Below are positions 9,066 to 19,395 of a DNA stretch of 64,000 bases, one piece after another; positions within the stretch are counted from its first letter, which is position 1; every line of letters starts with the position of its first letter. The translations under genes and the position numbers were made by a program. The notes beneath the pieces were generated by a model. That model was not told the origin of the DNA and did no database searches. It worked only from the letters and a program-made list of their open reading frames with translations. The stretch is from IMG/VR virus record IMGVR_UViG_3300029922_000013, positions 86,859 to 150,858 of that record; one strand, given 5' to 3'. The stretch comes from a virus.

Positions 9066-12000
9066 TTAATTATTCAGTATTGCTGTCCAAGACAAGACAT
9101 AATTTGCCGTATCCGTTGGCATATTCCATTTCAAAGTAAATCCAGTAGTAGCCTGAGCTGTTACGTCGATAGGTTGGAATTGCGGATTCGTATCCGTGGT
9201 ATTTAAGAAATTGGCAGTCACAGAATAGGCGGTACTAGCGTATGCCGTACTGAGCGTGATAGCCTTACTGGTTGCACCACTCGTCAAAGTCGTTTTACCA
9301 CTAAATATCCCTAACATCGTTAGAACTTGAGCAGCAGTTAGATCTGCAGCATTAGCCGTACTACCAGTATTGTTACCTTTGATAGTATCAGCCGGCATTT
9401 GAGCCAAGTTAGTATTGGTAATGACGTTGGTTCCAGATACACTTGCAGCAGTCCCAGACGTATTCGCCGCGTTATTCGGAATGTCCCCCGAAGCTAAAGC
9501 TCCCCATGCTGGAGCGGCAGATACCGATCCCGTTCCAGTTTGAGTTAGGAATTGTTTTGTGGCCGTGGTATTACCTGCAAGTCTGGCTGGTGCTGGAGTT
9601 GCATTTTCATATATAATATCACCCAATGTGGTCATTGGGTTAGTGAACGGAGTAGACCAAGTCATGGCCGTTGAACCGCCAGCCTGGGATGTTAGGACTT
9701 GGCCAGCACTACCAACGGTTGTTGGGAGATTGAAATTGTATGCGGAAGTTGCACCACCGTTTTGTACGGTGATGGATGCTCCACCTACTCCTGTAACAGC
9801 GAAACTAAGTTGACCTGTTTGGACAGCATTGATACCTAAAGTAGGAGTTGCTGTAAACGAAGGATCTGAACTAGTTCCTTGACCAGCAAGAAGTGTTCCA
9901 GCAGCAGCCGCAGCCAGTTGAGTAATGGCAGAGGTTCCAGCACCAATCAGGACACCGTGATTTGTCAGTGTCGTTTGGCCAGTACCGCCATGATTCACAG
10001 CGATGGTGGTAGCATTCCACGTACCAGTTGTGATAGTTCCAACGGACACCAGAGCCGAAGCCGTAGTTAGCCCACTAAGAGTGGTAAGGGTGGAATTAGT
10101 AGTCGCTACTAGTGAAGTTACCCCAGTATTCGAGATGGTCACGTCTCCAGTTACAGCAGTTGCTGTAGCAACATTTGATCCATTACCGAGCAAGATATCC
10201 GCACTTGGAAGAGATGCTAATTTGGAGAAAGCAATTGCTGCAGAGCCAGATACCTGAGTATTTGTAATTCCACCAGCCTTGACTTCTAGCTGATCACTGC
10301 CATTGATATCTATAGTAGAATTATCAACATTAACTGAAATTTTTGTACCACTTCCACCTGAAATAGCGCCGGTAGTGGAGAATGCAGTGGAAGCGATTTG
10401 TGTTTCAGTAATTCCCGCATTTTTAACGGAGAAAACTCCACTTACTAATTGAAGTGTTATTCCATCTGCCGAGTATGCTCCTGCTGAAGAAAACTGGACC
10501 CAAGTGATAGCAGTCGTGCCAAGTGTCCCGCCTGGTTGGGAAGTGCAGACAAAACCTAAATCGGCATTGACAGTACCTTCTTGTACAAATACAGCAGCCG
10601 CTGGGACTTCAGCCCAAGTATTCATATCTGAAGAACGTGCCCACGCTCCAGAAGCGGAAACGTATATCCCGTTATTTGCTGCTGTGGACTGATTTTTAAC
10701 TAAAACACGAGAAGAGCTTGTGGTGAACCCATCAATTGTTTGCTCACCGGACAGGGTAATGTTAGCCGTAGTAGCTACCAAAACTGCATTTTTCCAAGAA
10801 GTAGCGTTGATAAAATTGTCAACATAGCTTTTGTTGACCAAATCATTTGGATTAACAGGAGTGCTACTATTTGTAGGTGTAAATCCGCCAAGATTGATAG
10901 CGCCAGACATCGTTCCACCAGCAAGAGGTAGATATATAGCCGACAAGCTTGGAATGTCTGCGGAAACGAGAGACCTAAAGGTAGGCTGAGCTGCCGATCC
11001 AGTAGATGGCCCCGCAAACACAGTATTGGCAGTTTGAGTACTAAGGGTAAAAGTTAAAGTTCCGGAACTAGTTACCGGACTTCCAGAAATAGAATAAATG
11101 GGTGTTGAACTTCCGTCCGAGAGGGCGACAGAAGTAACGGTACCACTAGTGGCAGGACTTGCCCAAGATGGGATTCCGCCAGACACTGTAAGTATTTGTC
11201 CTGTGGAACCAATGCCCAACTTGGACAACACGTTGGTCGCGCTAGCGTACAAAGTGTCACCAGTTGTGTACGAACTTAGTCCGGTACCACCATGTGTTGG
11301 TCCTATTGCAGTTCCATTCCACACACCGGTCGTAATGGTTCCGATAGACGCAAGACTAGAAGCTGTGGTAAGAGCAGACAGACTAGTGAGAGTTCCGTTA
11401 GAAGTAGCCACTAAACTGGTAGCTAATGACCCAGCAGTAGTCGTTACGTCACCAGTTAATGTTGGGAATTGACCTGCTTGCAAAGTTCCAGATGCTTGTG
11501 TTGTAAGAGAAACTGTGCCAGAAAGTTGAGAAGTTGGCAGACTCAAAGAAGAAAGGGTGGTTAGCGTGGAATTGGAGGTAGCTGTGATATTAGCAGCATT
11601 CCCAGAAATATTTCCAGATACTTGCGATCCAGGCAAAGAAAGGCTTGAAAGAGTAGTAAGGGTACTGTTACTAGTAGCAGTGATATTGGCAGCTGTACCC
11701 GTTGTATTTTGATTTAACGTAGGAATATCAGCTACAACAATAGTTCTAAATGTAGGTGCTCCTGATGATCCATTAGGTGCAGCCAAAAACGTATTTGCGG
11801 CTTGATTTTGAAAACTAGAAAGAGTTAGGTTACCAGTGCTAGTAATCGGAGTATTTGTAACATTAAACAATCCAGTAGAATCAACTAACCCAACTGAAGT
11901 GACCCCAGTACTTGGAATCGAATAGTAACCTAACGTTCCCGAACCGTTCGTACCATAATATTTCGTATTACCTGGGGTTGCGGAATCGTTAACTAAAGTT

Positions 12001-12896
12001 ACCGTTCCACCAGTATTTACTAAAGAATCTGAGAAGACTAATGCCGAACCGCCTGCTTGCCAGGTAGGAAGGGCTCCGGGACCGTTTGAAGTGAGAACAT
12101 ATCCGCTAGTACCTAAACCTGAAACCTGCTGTAGGGCGCCTGTAGAAGTCAACCCACCTGCTAGTACCGCGTAAGGTGTAAAAGAAGTGTTTCCAGTACC
12201 GCCTTCAGAAACTGAAGCTGGATTTGGACCAGCGCCACTTGGGACGTTCCCAACACCCATCATTTGGCCATCGATCCAAATTTGAGTAGTGCTCATCACT
12301 ATACCAATTTTTAGATCGGATTCGTTAGTACCAGTTGGGGCAGTCGTACTAAAAGCTCCTGCGGAAGTCAGCCAAACTGGCTTGCCGATATCGCCTGTGG
12401 CAAAATCAGTATCACTGGAGCCTAGAGTGTAAGAACCGAATGAGTAAACCGTTATGCCTTGTCCAGCGGATACGCTGGTGGTAGAGAAAGCTATACCAAT
12501 CGCCCAAAACTCGTCTGCCGTAACAGTATTGTAATCGGCTTTGTAAACTTCATCTGTTGATTCTGAGAGAGAGTTCATTCCCCATCGAACAATGTAAGAA
12601 GTATCTGCCGTGAAAGATTCACCAGCAATAAAAGTATTTGATATTGCAGAAGAAGTGGCCACTGAAGACCAACTTAAGTTCCCAGAGCCATCGTTTTTAA
12701 GAAATGTCCCGGCTGTTCCCTGGGCATTTGGCCAGAACACAGCATAGCTGGTAGTAGTGGCGGAAGCAAATTGGGTAAGATTTCCAGAAGTAGCTCCGTC
12801 AACTTGTAATCCCAACACACTTAGGGTGTTGAGAGATAGATCTACAGTTCTAGGGGCACCGTTTTGGAGTTGTAGAAATTTCGAATAAACACTCAT
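9066..12896 (-). CDS. Long fibre protein (1276 aa)
   Basis: Repetitive T/S/G/A-rich sequence; GGTG, VTSV and APTFR fibre repeats; RVLVKNQSTAANNGIYV module common in phage fibres. Confidence 0.8.
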   Translation of the reverse strand: MSVYSKFLQLQNGAPRTVDLSLNTLSVLGLQVDGATSGNLTQFASATTTSYAVFWPNAQGTAGTFLKNDGSGNLSWSSVATSSAISNTFIAGESFTADTSYIVRWGMNSLSESTDEVYKADYNTVTADEFWAIGIAFSTTSVSAGQGITVYSFGSYTLGSSDTDFATGDIGKPVWLTSAGAFSTTAPTGTNESDLKIGIVMSTTQIWIDGQMMGVGNVPSGAGPNPASVSEGGTGNTSFTPYAVLAGGLTSTGALQQVSGLGTSGYVLTSNGPGALPTWQAGGSALVFSDSLVNTGGTVTLVNDSATPGNTKYYGTNGSGTLGYYSIPSTGVTSVGLVDSTGLFNVTNTPITSTGNLTLSSFQNQAANTFLAAPNGSSGAPTFRTIVVADIPTLNQNTTGTAANITATSNSTLTTLSSLSLPGSQVSGNISGNAANITATSNSTLTTLSSLSLPTSQLSGTVSLTTQASGTLQAGQFPTLTGDVTTTAGSLATSLVATSNGTLTSLSALTTASSLASIGTITTGVWNGTAIGPTHGGTGLSSYTTGDTLYASATNVLSKLGIGSTGQILTVSGGIPSWASPATSGTVTSVALSDGSSTPIYSISGSPVTSSGTLTFTLSTQTANTVFAGPSTGSAAQPTFRSLVSADIPSLSAIYLPLAGGTMSGAINLGGFTPTNSSTPVNPNDLVNKSYVDNFINATSWKNAVLVATTANITLSGEQTIDGFTTSSSRVLVKNQSTAANNGIYVSASGAWARSSDMNTWAEVPAAAVFVQEGTVNADLGFVCTSQPGGTLGTTAITWVQFSSAGAYSADGITLQLVSGVFSVKNAGITETQIASTAFSTTGAISGGSGTKISVNVDNSTIDINGSDQLEVKAGGITNTQVSGSAAIAFSKLASLPSADILLGNGSNVATATAVTGDVTISNTGVTSLVATTNSTLTTLSGLTTASALVSVGTITTGTWNATTIAVNHGGTGQTTLTNHGVLIGAGTSAITQLAAAAAGTLLAGQGTSSDPSFTATPTLGINAVQTGQLSFAVTGVGGASITVQNGGATSAYNFNLPTTVGSAGQVLTSQAGGSTAMTWSTPFTNPMTTLGDIIYENATPAPARLAGNTTATKQFLTQTGTGSVSAAPAWGALASGDIPNNAANTSGTAASVSGTNVITNTNLAQMPADTIKGNNTGSTANAADLTAAQVLTMLGIFSGKTTLTSGATSKAITLSTAYASTAYSVTANFLNTTDTNPQFQPIDVTAQATTGFTLKWNMPTDTANYVLSWTAILNN
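11535..11693 (-). repeat. Two copies of an identical 21-aa peptide with highly diverged codons
   Basis: AANITATSNSTLTTLSSLSLP encoded at 11631-11693 and 11535-11597. Confidence 0.85.
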
Positions 12897-12957
12897 GTTA
12901 TCTTCCTCTTAACTGCATTAATCTTTTTTGAGAAATTCGTCATCTATCAACCCTAGT

Positions 12958-12965
12958 TAAAGATT
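12958..12965 (-). promoter_or_regulatory. AATCTTTA putative late-promoter motif
   Basis: Just downstream of a terminator, 61 nt before the ATG at 12896. Confidence 0.65.
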
Positions 12966-13000
12966 GCCGTTTTCGAGGCGTTCAAAGGGTTTATATCATA

Positions 13001-13034
13001 ATAAAAAGGGTTGACCACCAATGGCAGTCAACCC
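13001..13034 (-). terminator. Rho-independent terminator
   Basis: GGGUUGACUGCC-AUU-GGUGGUCAACCC stem (G-U pairs fit the - strand) followed by UUUUUAU. Confidence 0.8.
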
Positions 13035-13064
13035 CTTAATATCATTAATTAATTGGGGTAAATG

Positions 13065-15377
13065 TTAATTTATTCCCATAGTTTGAACTTGGACCATGAT
13101 GTTATTGGCATCTTTAACCATACCAACCTTAACAACAGCCGAAAGAGTTGCTGTAGGAGCGGTAGTGGTACAAGCGCCAGATGCACCCAGATAGAGTGGA
13201 AGTCCTGGGGTGAATCCATGCGAAGGTACATTGATATAACCTTCTTCGGTCACAGTGACTGCTCCACCAGCAGAAACTGCACCTGCTGGGTAAGCTAGAC
13301 CGATAACGTAGAAGTTATCGTTAGTGGTGGTATCGTTATCAGCTTTCCACATATGGCCAGCAGTGCCGCCGCCATCAGTTGTACGTTCATATCTCAAGGC
13401 ATACAAAGTACTTGCCGACAAAGCCTGATCTGAAATTTCAGAAGTGGCATTTTTAGGAGAAGACAACACTTCGATAGTGCTTCCAGCTCCATTTTGATCG
13501 GTAGTAATTCCGTCCGTGACAGCGCCGAGTTTAGCAGCAGTTACGGCAGCATTGTTGATCTTAGAAGTAGTAACAGCATTTGCAGCAATCGTAGTTGCAA
13601 AACTACCAGTACCGGAACCAGTTACATCACCAGTCAAGGTGATCGTTTGGTCGCCAGTGTTGGTTCCGCTTGAACTTCCGGAGAAGTTAGAAGCAGAAAT
13701 TGCACCAGAGAAGTTCGCAGCAGCAGCCGTAATGGTTCCAGTGAGAGTAGGGCTTGCACTGAAAACAACGTTTCCAGTACCAGTCGTACCGGTAACCGTG
13801 TTACCTTGGATGGCTGCGATAGTAGCAGCTTCAGATTGCGACTGAGTAGCAGCAGAAGTCGTAACGTCACCAGTTAACTGATTGATAGCGTTAACAGTAA
13901 CAGCGCCAGTTGCACCGTTTACGGAAACAACGCCGTCAGCAAGAGGGGAACGCTGCCAAATAGTGCCATTGTAGATGACGAAATCGCCAACATAGTAGCT
14001 TTGTGAACCGCTACCAAGATTTTGGGTACCAGCGACAGATACGCGATAAACCCAACCAGCAGTTCCGGTGCCGTCAGCAAGAGTTGGAGTGTTGGTAGAA
14101 GCATCCCATGCTCCTTTGTACTCCATGACGCTAGAAGGCAATTGGCTAAGAGGAACTTTACCGGAACCATCCAAAGAAGCTACGCCGTTAGCAGAACCAA
14201 CTTCGGTTTGGGTTACGTAAGTAGCAGACAAATCTGGGATATCTGCAGAAACCAAAGATCTGAATCCTGGTTGAGCAGCAGATCCGCTAGATGGACCAGC
14301 AAATACTTTATTTGCAGACTGAGTGTTAAGAGTAAAGGTCAGATTACCAGTGCTGGTAACAGGACTGTTAGAGATGGTGTAGATTGGTGTACTAGAACCA
14401 TCAGCTAAACCGACAGAAGTTACGGTACCGCTCGTTGCAGGGGCTACCCACGATGCGGTCGACCCATTGGAAGTAAGAACGTACCCAGAAGTACCTATAG
14501 CAAGGTTGCCGTAAGTATTGGTACCGGTTCCTAAGATCAATCCACCAGTTGCAGTAGCTGGGGCAAGTGCGTTAAATGCAGCTGCAGCTGAAGTCTGGCC
14601 AGTACCGCCGTTTGCTATTGCAATCGTAGTACCATTCCAAGTACCGCTGGTGATTGTCCCAACGGAAGTTAAGCTGGAAGAGAGTACGTTAGATGCCAAA
14701 GTAGAGCCAGTGAGAGTTCCAGCAGGAGCAACTACGGCATTACCGCTAGCAGCAGTGATCAATCCCTTAGCATTTACAGTAAAGGTGGGAATGGATGTTG
14801 AAGAACCGAAACTGCCCACATTTAGGTTGACAGTCGCCAAAGTAAAGGCAGCGGCTCCCGGACCACTCGCTGTGCCATCTCCGGTCAAGCTAGTGATAGC
14901 ACTCGTGGAAAGGTTGGCGAGGGCGTTATCGATACCAGCCAATGCGCCCATGACTGTTGGAGCAGTAGGGGTGAAAAAGTTATAAGTAGCCGTATCTCCA
15001 ATGAGAGAAGACCCTGCATCAACCCCACTAGTAAGAGTGGTTGTTCCTGCAGTTGGGGTTTGTGACCCACTACCGCTAGTCAGGGTGGCCATGTTGTTGG
15101 AGTGTGCTAGGTTCCAAGCAGCGATTTGAGCTGCAATCGTAGTCGAACCATTGAACACTAGGGCAATTGAGTTGCCGGCTGCTCCAGGGTTATTTGCCGT
15201 AATCGTTACGGAAGTAGACGTTCCAGGAATCGTCCCAGTAAAGGAGCTATAGGCTCCTGTTTGTGAGAGAAGTGTTGTTCCAACTTCGAGAGCTTGGACC
15301 TGGAGAGTATTTGCTGACAAGTCAATAGTTCGTGCTACGCCATTGACTAATTCTAAAAACTTACTGTAAGTAGACAT
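13065..15377 (-). CDS. Fibre protein (770 aa), paralogous to 9066-12896
   Basis: Shared N-terminus and shaft module; YKGAWDASTNTPTL module; C-terminal cement/decoration-like domain. Confidence 0.75.
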   Translation of the reverse strand: MSTYSKFLELVNGVARTIDLSANTLQVQALEVGTTLLSQTGAYSSFTGTIPGTSTSVTITANNPGAAGNSIALVFNGSTTIAAQIAAWNLAHSNNMATLTSGSGSQTPTAGTTTLTSGVDAGSSLIGDTATYNFFTPTAPTVMGALAGIDNALANLSTSAITSLTGDGTASGPGAAAFTLATVNLNVGSFGSSTSIPTFTVNAKGLITAASGNAVVAPAGTLTGSTLASNVLSSSLTSVGTITSGTWNGTTIAIANGGTGQTSAAAAFNALAPATATGGLILGTGTNTYGNLAIGTSGYVLTSNGSTASWVAPATSGTVTSVGLADGSSTPIYTISNSPVTSTGNLTFTLNTQSANKVFAGPSSGSAAQPGFRSLVSADIPDLSATYVTQTEVGSANGVASLDGSGKVPLSQLPSSVMEYKGAWDASTNTPTLADGTGTAGWVYRVSVAGTQNLGSGSQSYYVGDFVIYNGTIWQRSPLADGVVSVNGATGAVTVNAINQLTGDVTTSAATQSQSEAATIAAIQGNTVTGTTGTGNVVFSASPTLTGTITAAAANFSGAISASNFSGSSSGTNTGDQTITLTGDVTGSGTGSFATTIAANAVTTSKINNAAVTAAKLGAVTDGITTDQNGAGSTIEVLSSPKNATSEISDQALSASTLYALRYERTTDGGGTAGHMWKADNDTTTNDNFYVIGLAYPAGAVSAGGAVTVTEEGYINVPSHGFTPGLPLYLGASGACTTTAPTATLSAVVKVGMVKDANNIMVQVQTMGIN

Positions 15378-15412
15378 GTTGTGTTACCTCTTTTTTTAAT
15401 TATGTGTTGCTT

Positions 15413-15420
15413 TAAAGATT
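15413..15420 (-). promoter_or_regulatory. AATCTTTA putative late-promoter motif
   Basis: 35 nt upstream of the ATG at 15377, with GAGG RBS between. Confidence 0.6.
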
Positions 15421-15464
15421 ATCCCTTGTTTTATAAACCAATACAATTTATTGATATTAAAGGA

Positions 15465-15911
15465 CTATAATTCACCGAAGACTTGCGAGAGTATCTGAAG
15501 GTCTTGATTTGATGGATTAACTATGTTTGGGACAATTGTCCCACAAAACACTATAAAATCGCCCATCCCAAAACCTGTGACACCATCATCTGGACGAACA
15601 TTCTGGAGTGATCCAGATATGCTCATGTAAATAGGATCTCCTAGACTAAAACTATATCCGGTCAAATTTTCTAACCGACCACCCGAAATGACTGGTCCGG
15701 TAGCATTCGCGGCAATCCGGACTTGCGCGTAACCAACAAAACTGGCCACAGAAACGTCGCTACTCACATTGGTGGGATAAACAAAGCTACCAGTTATGCT
15801 TAATGGGGTTCCTTGCGGAATAGCTGTAGGATTACCATTAGTATAGTTAGTCACAAGTGCTATACTTGATCCATTCGCTTGGCTACCAACAAAATTTGGA
15901 TTATAGCTCAT
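15465..15911 (-). CDS. Small structural protein, stand-alone cement/decoration-like domain
   Basis: FVGYA...FSLGDPIYMSISGSL pattern matches the domain seen in both neighbouring fibres. Confidence 0.55.
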   Translation of the reverse strand: MSYNPNFVGSQANGSSIALVTNYTNGNPTAIPQGTPLSITGSFVYPTNVSSDVSVASFVGYAQVRIAANATGPVISGGRLENLTGYSFSLGDPIYMSISGSLQNVRPDDGVTGFGMGDFIVFCGTIVPNIVNPSNQDLQILSQVFGEL

Positions 15912-15929
15912 ATTATAAGATTCCCCTCA

Positions 15930-18656
15930 TTAGAAGAGGTACCAACCAGTTCCAGTGCTAATTATTGAGAATGATTCGTATTGAACCATAGTGGATACGG
16001 TGCTCAGACCGTCAATCAAGTCTCCGCCGTTACCCTGAATAACCATCGCATTGGCTGAAGAATCGATTTTTTTCATATAAAAAATCCTCCCTGTGTTGCC
16101 GCTCGCTGTAGGTAACGTAAATGTCAGAGTTCCAGTTGTCGCATCTGCTGCTAAGAAACAGTCCGTGGTTAAAACAGAGTATGAACTGGTCTTAACAGAA
16201 ACTGGCACGGGACCGCCAGCTGCATTAAAGCCAGGCGCACCCGTAGGACCGGCGACTCCTGGAGGACCTTGAGGACCGGGAGTGCCTCCGCCACCAGCTC
16301 CACCGCCACCACCACTTAATCTAAGTTCAAGCTCATCGCCCACCACAAGACCGTAATGGATCTGAATTTCGTTACTTGGAGCATCTAATGTGCCGACTTC
16401 GGTATAGGCGCCGCTCTCTAAGTCTAGGAACTGGCCATTTAAGAAAACTTGTAGAGTTCCTTTTCCTACCGTGTAATACTGGACTGCATTGGATTCTCTA
16501 GTATTGTTCGGAAGGAAAATATTCGTGCCAGGGGTAACTGGACCAGTTATAGATGTTGGGGGAGTAGCTCCTGAAGCAACGATCTCTACTACTTCGTCAT
16601 AAGTAGGATTATCTAGCGATTCTATAATGCTTGATATTTCTTGATCTAACTTTTTAATAGCTAGAGTTAGATTATCACCATCTTGAATGATGAAGTTTCC
16701 AACACCAGTTCCGGATGTGGAAACAAAAATTGCAAACGGAGGGCCAATATTAAAATCGGCTGGAGAAAACGTAGTACCAGCAGAGTTGTTGGTAATAGTA
16801 ACTGCGTTAGCAATGTTAGTTGCAGTGAAATCTTTGAAAAAAGTTCCATTTAAAGCTGTGACCAACGCGGCAGCGGTTTGAGTAGATGTTTGCCCAGTAG
16901 CTACATCCCACTCAATTCCAGTGGCGTTGGCAACTGGCATTGGATTTATGCCGGTTCCATCTTTGTTAACCCAAACGTAATACTCTCTGCCGCCAGCAGA
17001 ATAAATTAAGAAATACTGATCAGATGTCAATGTACTAGCATCGCCAGTTGTAACGTCGGTAACTTGTTTTGAGACCGTAGGACCGTTACCTTCATATATA
17101 TTGTAGGCAGATACGTAAAAAGGAGTAGTGGAAGACTCAATTTGGCTACCAACGTAGGTCAAGACATTTTGGAGCTGTGGACCAGAAATTTCTTCGGAAT
17201 CACCTTGTTGAAGATCAGTTCCTAGCCATTTAACATAAACTCTAGGAATTGCTCCGCCATCATCTTCTCGAACAAATAGCCAGAAGGTGCTTGGGCTGAT
17301 TGGTACCGCACCGCGACCTGCAAGTTGAATATCTCTCAAGCCACCCGTAACGCCTGGCAAAGTATATGAGCCGTAGGCGTACAAAGAGGGAGCACCTGAA
17401 GAGCTTGTACTAGATCCTGTAAATACTTGAGTTAAAGTTACTTGAGAAGAAGAGTTAATGGTTTGAATCTGGTAATATCCAGCATGAGTGCTAGAAGCCA
17501 GACGAATCCAATCACCAAATCCATTTGCTGTGACGCTATAAAGTCCAGAAGTCCAAGCAACATTTCCAACCGAAGTTACGACAGCGCTTGAGTTGGTCCA
17601 AATCAGATTTGGCGCAACGGGAACATCTCTGGTAAGTTCTATGTAGGCTACTTCATTATCACTTAAAGTGACAGTAGTACCAGAAGGATTGGTTGCGATT
17701 TGATAACTTAAATTTGCACCAATTATCTTCAGATTTATTGGACTAGACCAGTTTATGAGGCCGGCTGTAGTAGCGCTATGAGTGATGGCACCAGTTCCAG
17801 TCATTACAGTTGCTGTAGCATCTTCTCTAAGAAGAGGAACCGACCCAACGTTACTGGATGTGAATGAGTACCAATAAGGGCCACCATTAAGGCCCAGCAA
17901 TTGGGTCATTACGGCGTCCATCCAATCCTTGAGATCTGTTATGCCTTTATCGCCACCAAAAAATGGATTGCTGGAATTGGAAGTAGTGGTAGTGTTATTT
18001 TCGGTCTGACCTTCAGGCCATGGAAACGTGTGGAATGGGTTTGGACTTGCTCCACCAGTTCCTAAGCGTAATAGAAGTGGTCTTGAATCAGTAATAGAAA
18101 CGACGTTATTGCTAGAATCTGTTTGGATTATAGCCAAAGGCAAAACATTTGTTGCCCAAAGGGTGGCCGTGATCACGAACTTGTAGTTCATGGTTATGGC
18201 CGCTGGAGCTATACCCTCGTCTTCTTCGTCACTGGTGGGGTCCCAAAAATAACGCTGAGTATCGGTCGTAGCATCTTGAAAACGGTAATAGTCTATCCCA
18301 ACATAGTTGTTGGCATTAGGGACAAAAGACCCAATCACGTTGGCGACTGTGGCAGCATTCAGGGTGACATTAGGAGTACCAGTTGGGACTAGAAAGAAAG
18401 TACCTGATTGAGAAGCGGTGGTATGTAGTAGTGAGCTATTGGCAACGATGACCTGCAAATTAGAGGCGGCGCCCGTAATAGGGGCAGCAGACATGTTTAT
18501 AGCGAAACCATTGATAATATAGGGGGTATCTGGTCCAGATATGAGAGCCTCTGCGACTAGATCAAAGTCTGCAGACGCAGCGCTTTCGATCGCACGCATG
18601 TCCGAGACTTCTTCTCGCATTTGAGAAAGCTGATTAACTCTCCTAATAATAGCCAT
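15930..18656 (-). CDS. Baseplate-attached tail fibre protein with short collagen-like segment
   Basis: 908 aa; GTPGPQGPPGVAGPTGAPG repeats; C-terminal TLPTASGNTGRIFYMKKID fibre domain. Confidence 0.7.
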   Translation of the reverse strand: MAIIRRVNQLSQMREEVSDMRAIESAASADFDLVAEALISGPDTPYIINGFAINMSAAPITGAASNLQVIVANSSLLHTTASQSGTFFLVPTGTPNVTLNAATVANVIGSFVPNANNYVGIDYYRFQDATTDTQRYFWDPTSDEEDEGIAPAAITMNYKFVITATLWATNVLPLAIIQTDSSNNVVSITDSRPLLLRLGTGGASPNPFHTFPWPEGQTENNTTTTSNSSNPFFGGDKGITDLKDWMDAVMTQLLGLNGGPYWYSFTSSNVGSVPLLREDATATVMTGTGAITHSATTAGLINWSSPINLKIIGANLSYQIATNPSGTTVTLSDNEVAYIELTRDVPVAPNLIWTNSSAVVTSVGNVAWTSGLYSVTANGFGDWIRLASSTHAGYYQIQTINSSSQVTLTQVFTGSSTSSSGAPSLYAYGSYTLPGVTGGLRDIQLAGRGAVPISPSTFWLFVREDDGGAIPRVYVKWLGTDLQQGDSEEISGPQLQNVLTYVGSQIESSTTPFYVSAYNIYEGNGPTVSKQVTDVTTGDASTLTSDQYFLIYSAGGREYYVWVNKDGTGINPMPVANATGIEWDVATGQTSTQTAAALVTALNGTFFKDFTATNIANAVTITNNSAGTTFSPADFNIGPPFAIFVSTSGTGVGNFIIQDGDNLTLAIKKLDQEISSIIESLDNPTYDEVVEIVASGATPPTSITGPVTPGTNIFLPNNTRESNAVQYYTVGKGTLQVFLNGQFLDLESGAYTEVGTLDAPSNEIQIHYGLVVGDELELRLSGGGGGAGGGGTPGPQGPPGVAGPTGAPGFNAAGGPVPVSVKTSSYSVLTTDCFLAADATTGTLTFTLPTASGNTGRIFYMKKIDSSANAMVIQGNGGDLIDGLSTVSTMVQYESFSIISTGTGWYLF

Positions 18657-18721
18657 TATTTCACCAACTTATGTAAGTTTATTAGAAAAGACATACTAGC
18701 CCTCTAGGATACACTCTAAGG

Positions 18722-18729
18722 TAAAGATT
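18722..18729 (-). promoter_or_regulatory. AATCTTTA putative late-promoter motif
   Basis: 65 nt upstream of the ATG at 18656. Confidence 0.6.
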
Positions 18730-18748
18730 CCTATTTGTTTTATATCAC

Positions 18749-18778
18749 TTGACTTCCAATCTTTACCTATGATAGAGT
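18749..18778 (+). promoter_or_regulatory. Sigma70-like promoter
   Basis: TTGACT-18 nt-(TGA)TAGAGT; the spacer contains a + strand AATCTTTA (18758-18765). Confidence 0.5.
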
Positions 18779-18784
18779 CAAGAC

Positions 18785-19177
18785 ATGAGGTATTCCACAG
18801 TGGGGAAATCCAAGGACCGTACTGGTGAAATTAGTAGGGAACAGAGATTTGTTAAGGAAAATCAAGCACTTAAGCGTGAAAATAGTCGCCTTCGTAAACT
18901 ATTAGCTCGCATAGATCTAGATCGTTATGATCAAGTACGTGAAATCATAGAAGAACATTATTCCGAAAGGAAAAATGAGGGACAAGAGATTCTTGATAAA
19001 ATGAAAGAAGAGTGGCGTTGCCACCAGTGTAGAACCGGTTTGTTGGAGATTTTTCTATTTAATAAAATAAATGAAACCTATTATTATCGTAAATGTAATG
19101 GTTGCACAAATCGTACCAAAAGCAAGAAATACACTCCGAGTGTTCGTGGGATCATAAAGAAAGAAGAAAGTAAATAA
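18785..19177 (+). CDS. Coiled-coil plus zinc-ribbon protein
   Basis: CHQC...CNGC motif. Confidence 0.65.
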   Translation: MRYSTVGKSKDRTGEISREQRFVKENQALKRENSRLRKLLARIDLDRYDQVREIIEEHYSERKNEGQEILDKMKEEWRCHQCRTGLLEIFLFNKINETYYYRKCNGCTNRTKSKKYTPSVRGIIKKEESK

Positions 19178-19395
19178 TGGAATTTGTAGAAGGCCAAGTT
19201 GTTATTTGTGGAACAGGACAATGTGGAACTATAGCCCAAAAATCGGGCAAAGAGATCTGGATATTATTGAGAAACGGAGACCTTTTTGTAGGTCAGGACT
19301 ACCAAATCAGGGTTCCTCAATCCCAAGAAGATCTAGATTCCTGCCCTTTAAACGTAGATCGTGTTGAGACCAAAAGAGAAACTAGGGAGCGTTAA
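19177..19395 (+). CDS. Small hypothetical protein (SH3/KOW-like)
   Basis: TAATG-coupled; beta-rich FVEGQVV...GTI pattern. Confidence 0.5.
   Translation: MEFVEGQVVICGTGQCGTIAQKSGKEIWILLRNGDLFVGQDYQIRVPQSQEDLDSCPLNVDRVETKRETRER

Noticed and set aside
4841-18656. Diversity-generating retroelement or invertible fibre cassette
   Set aside because: No reverse transcriptase or recombinase in the window; the shared modules I compared are diverged at DNA level, with no adenine-specific template/variable repeat pair seen.
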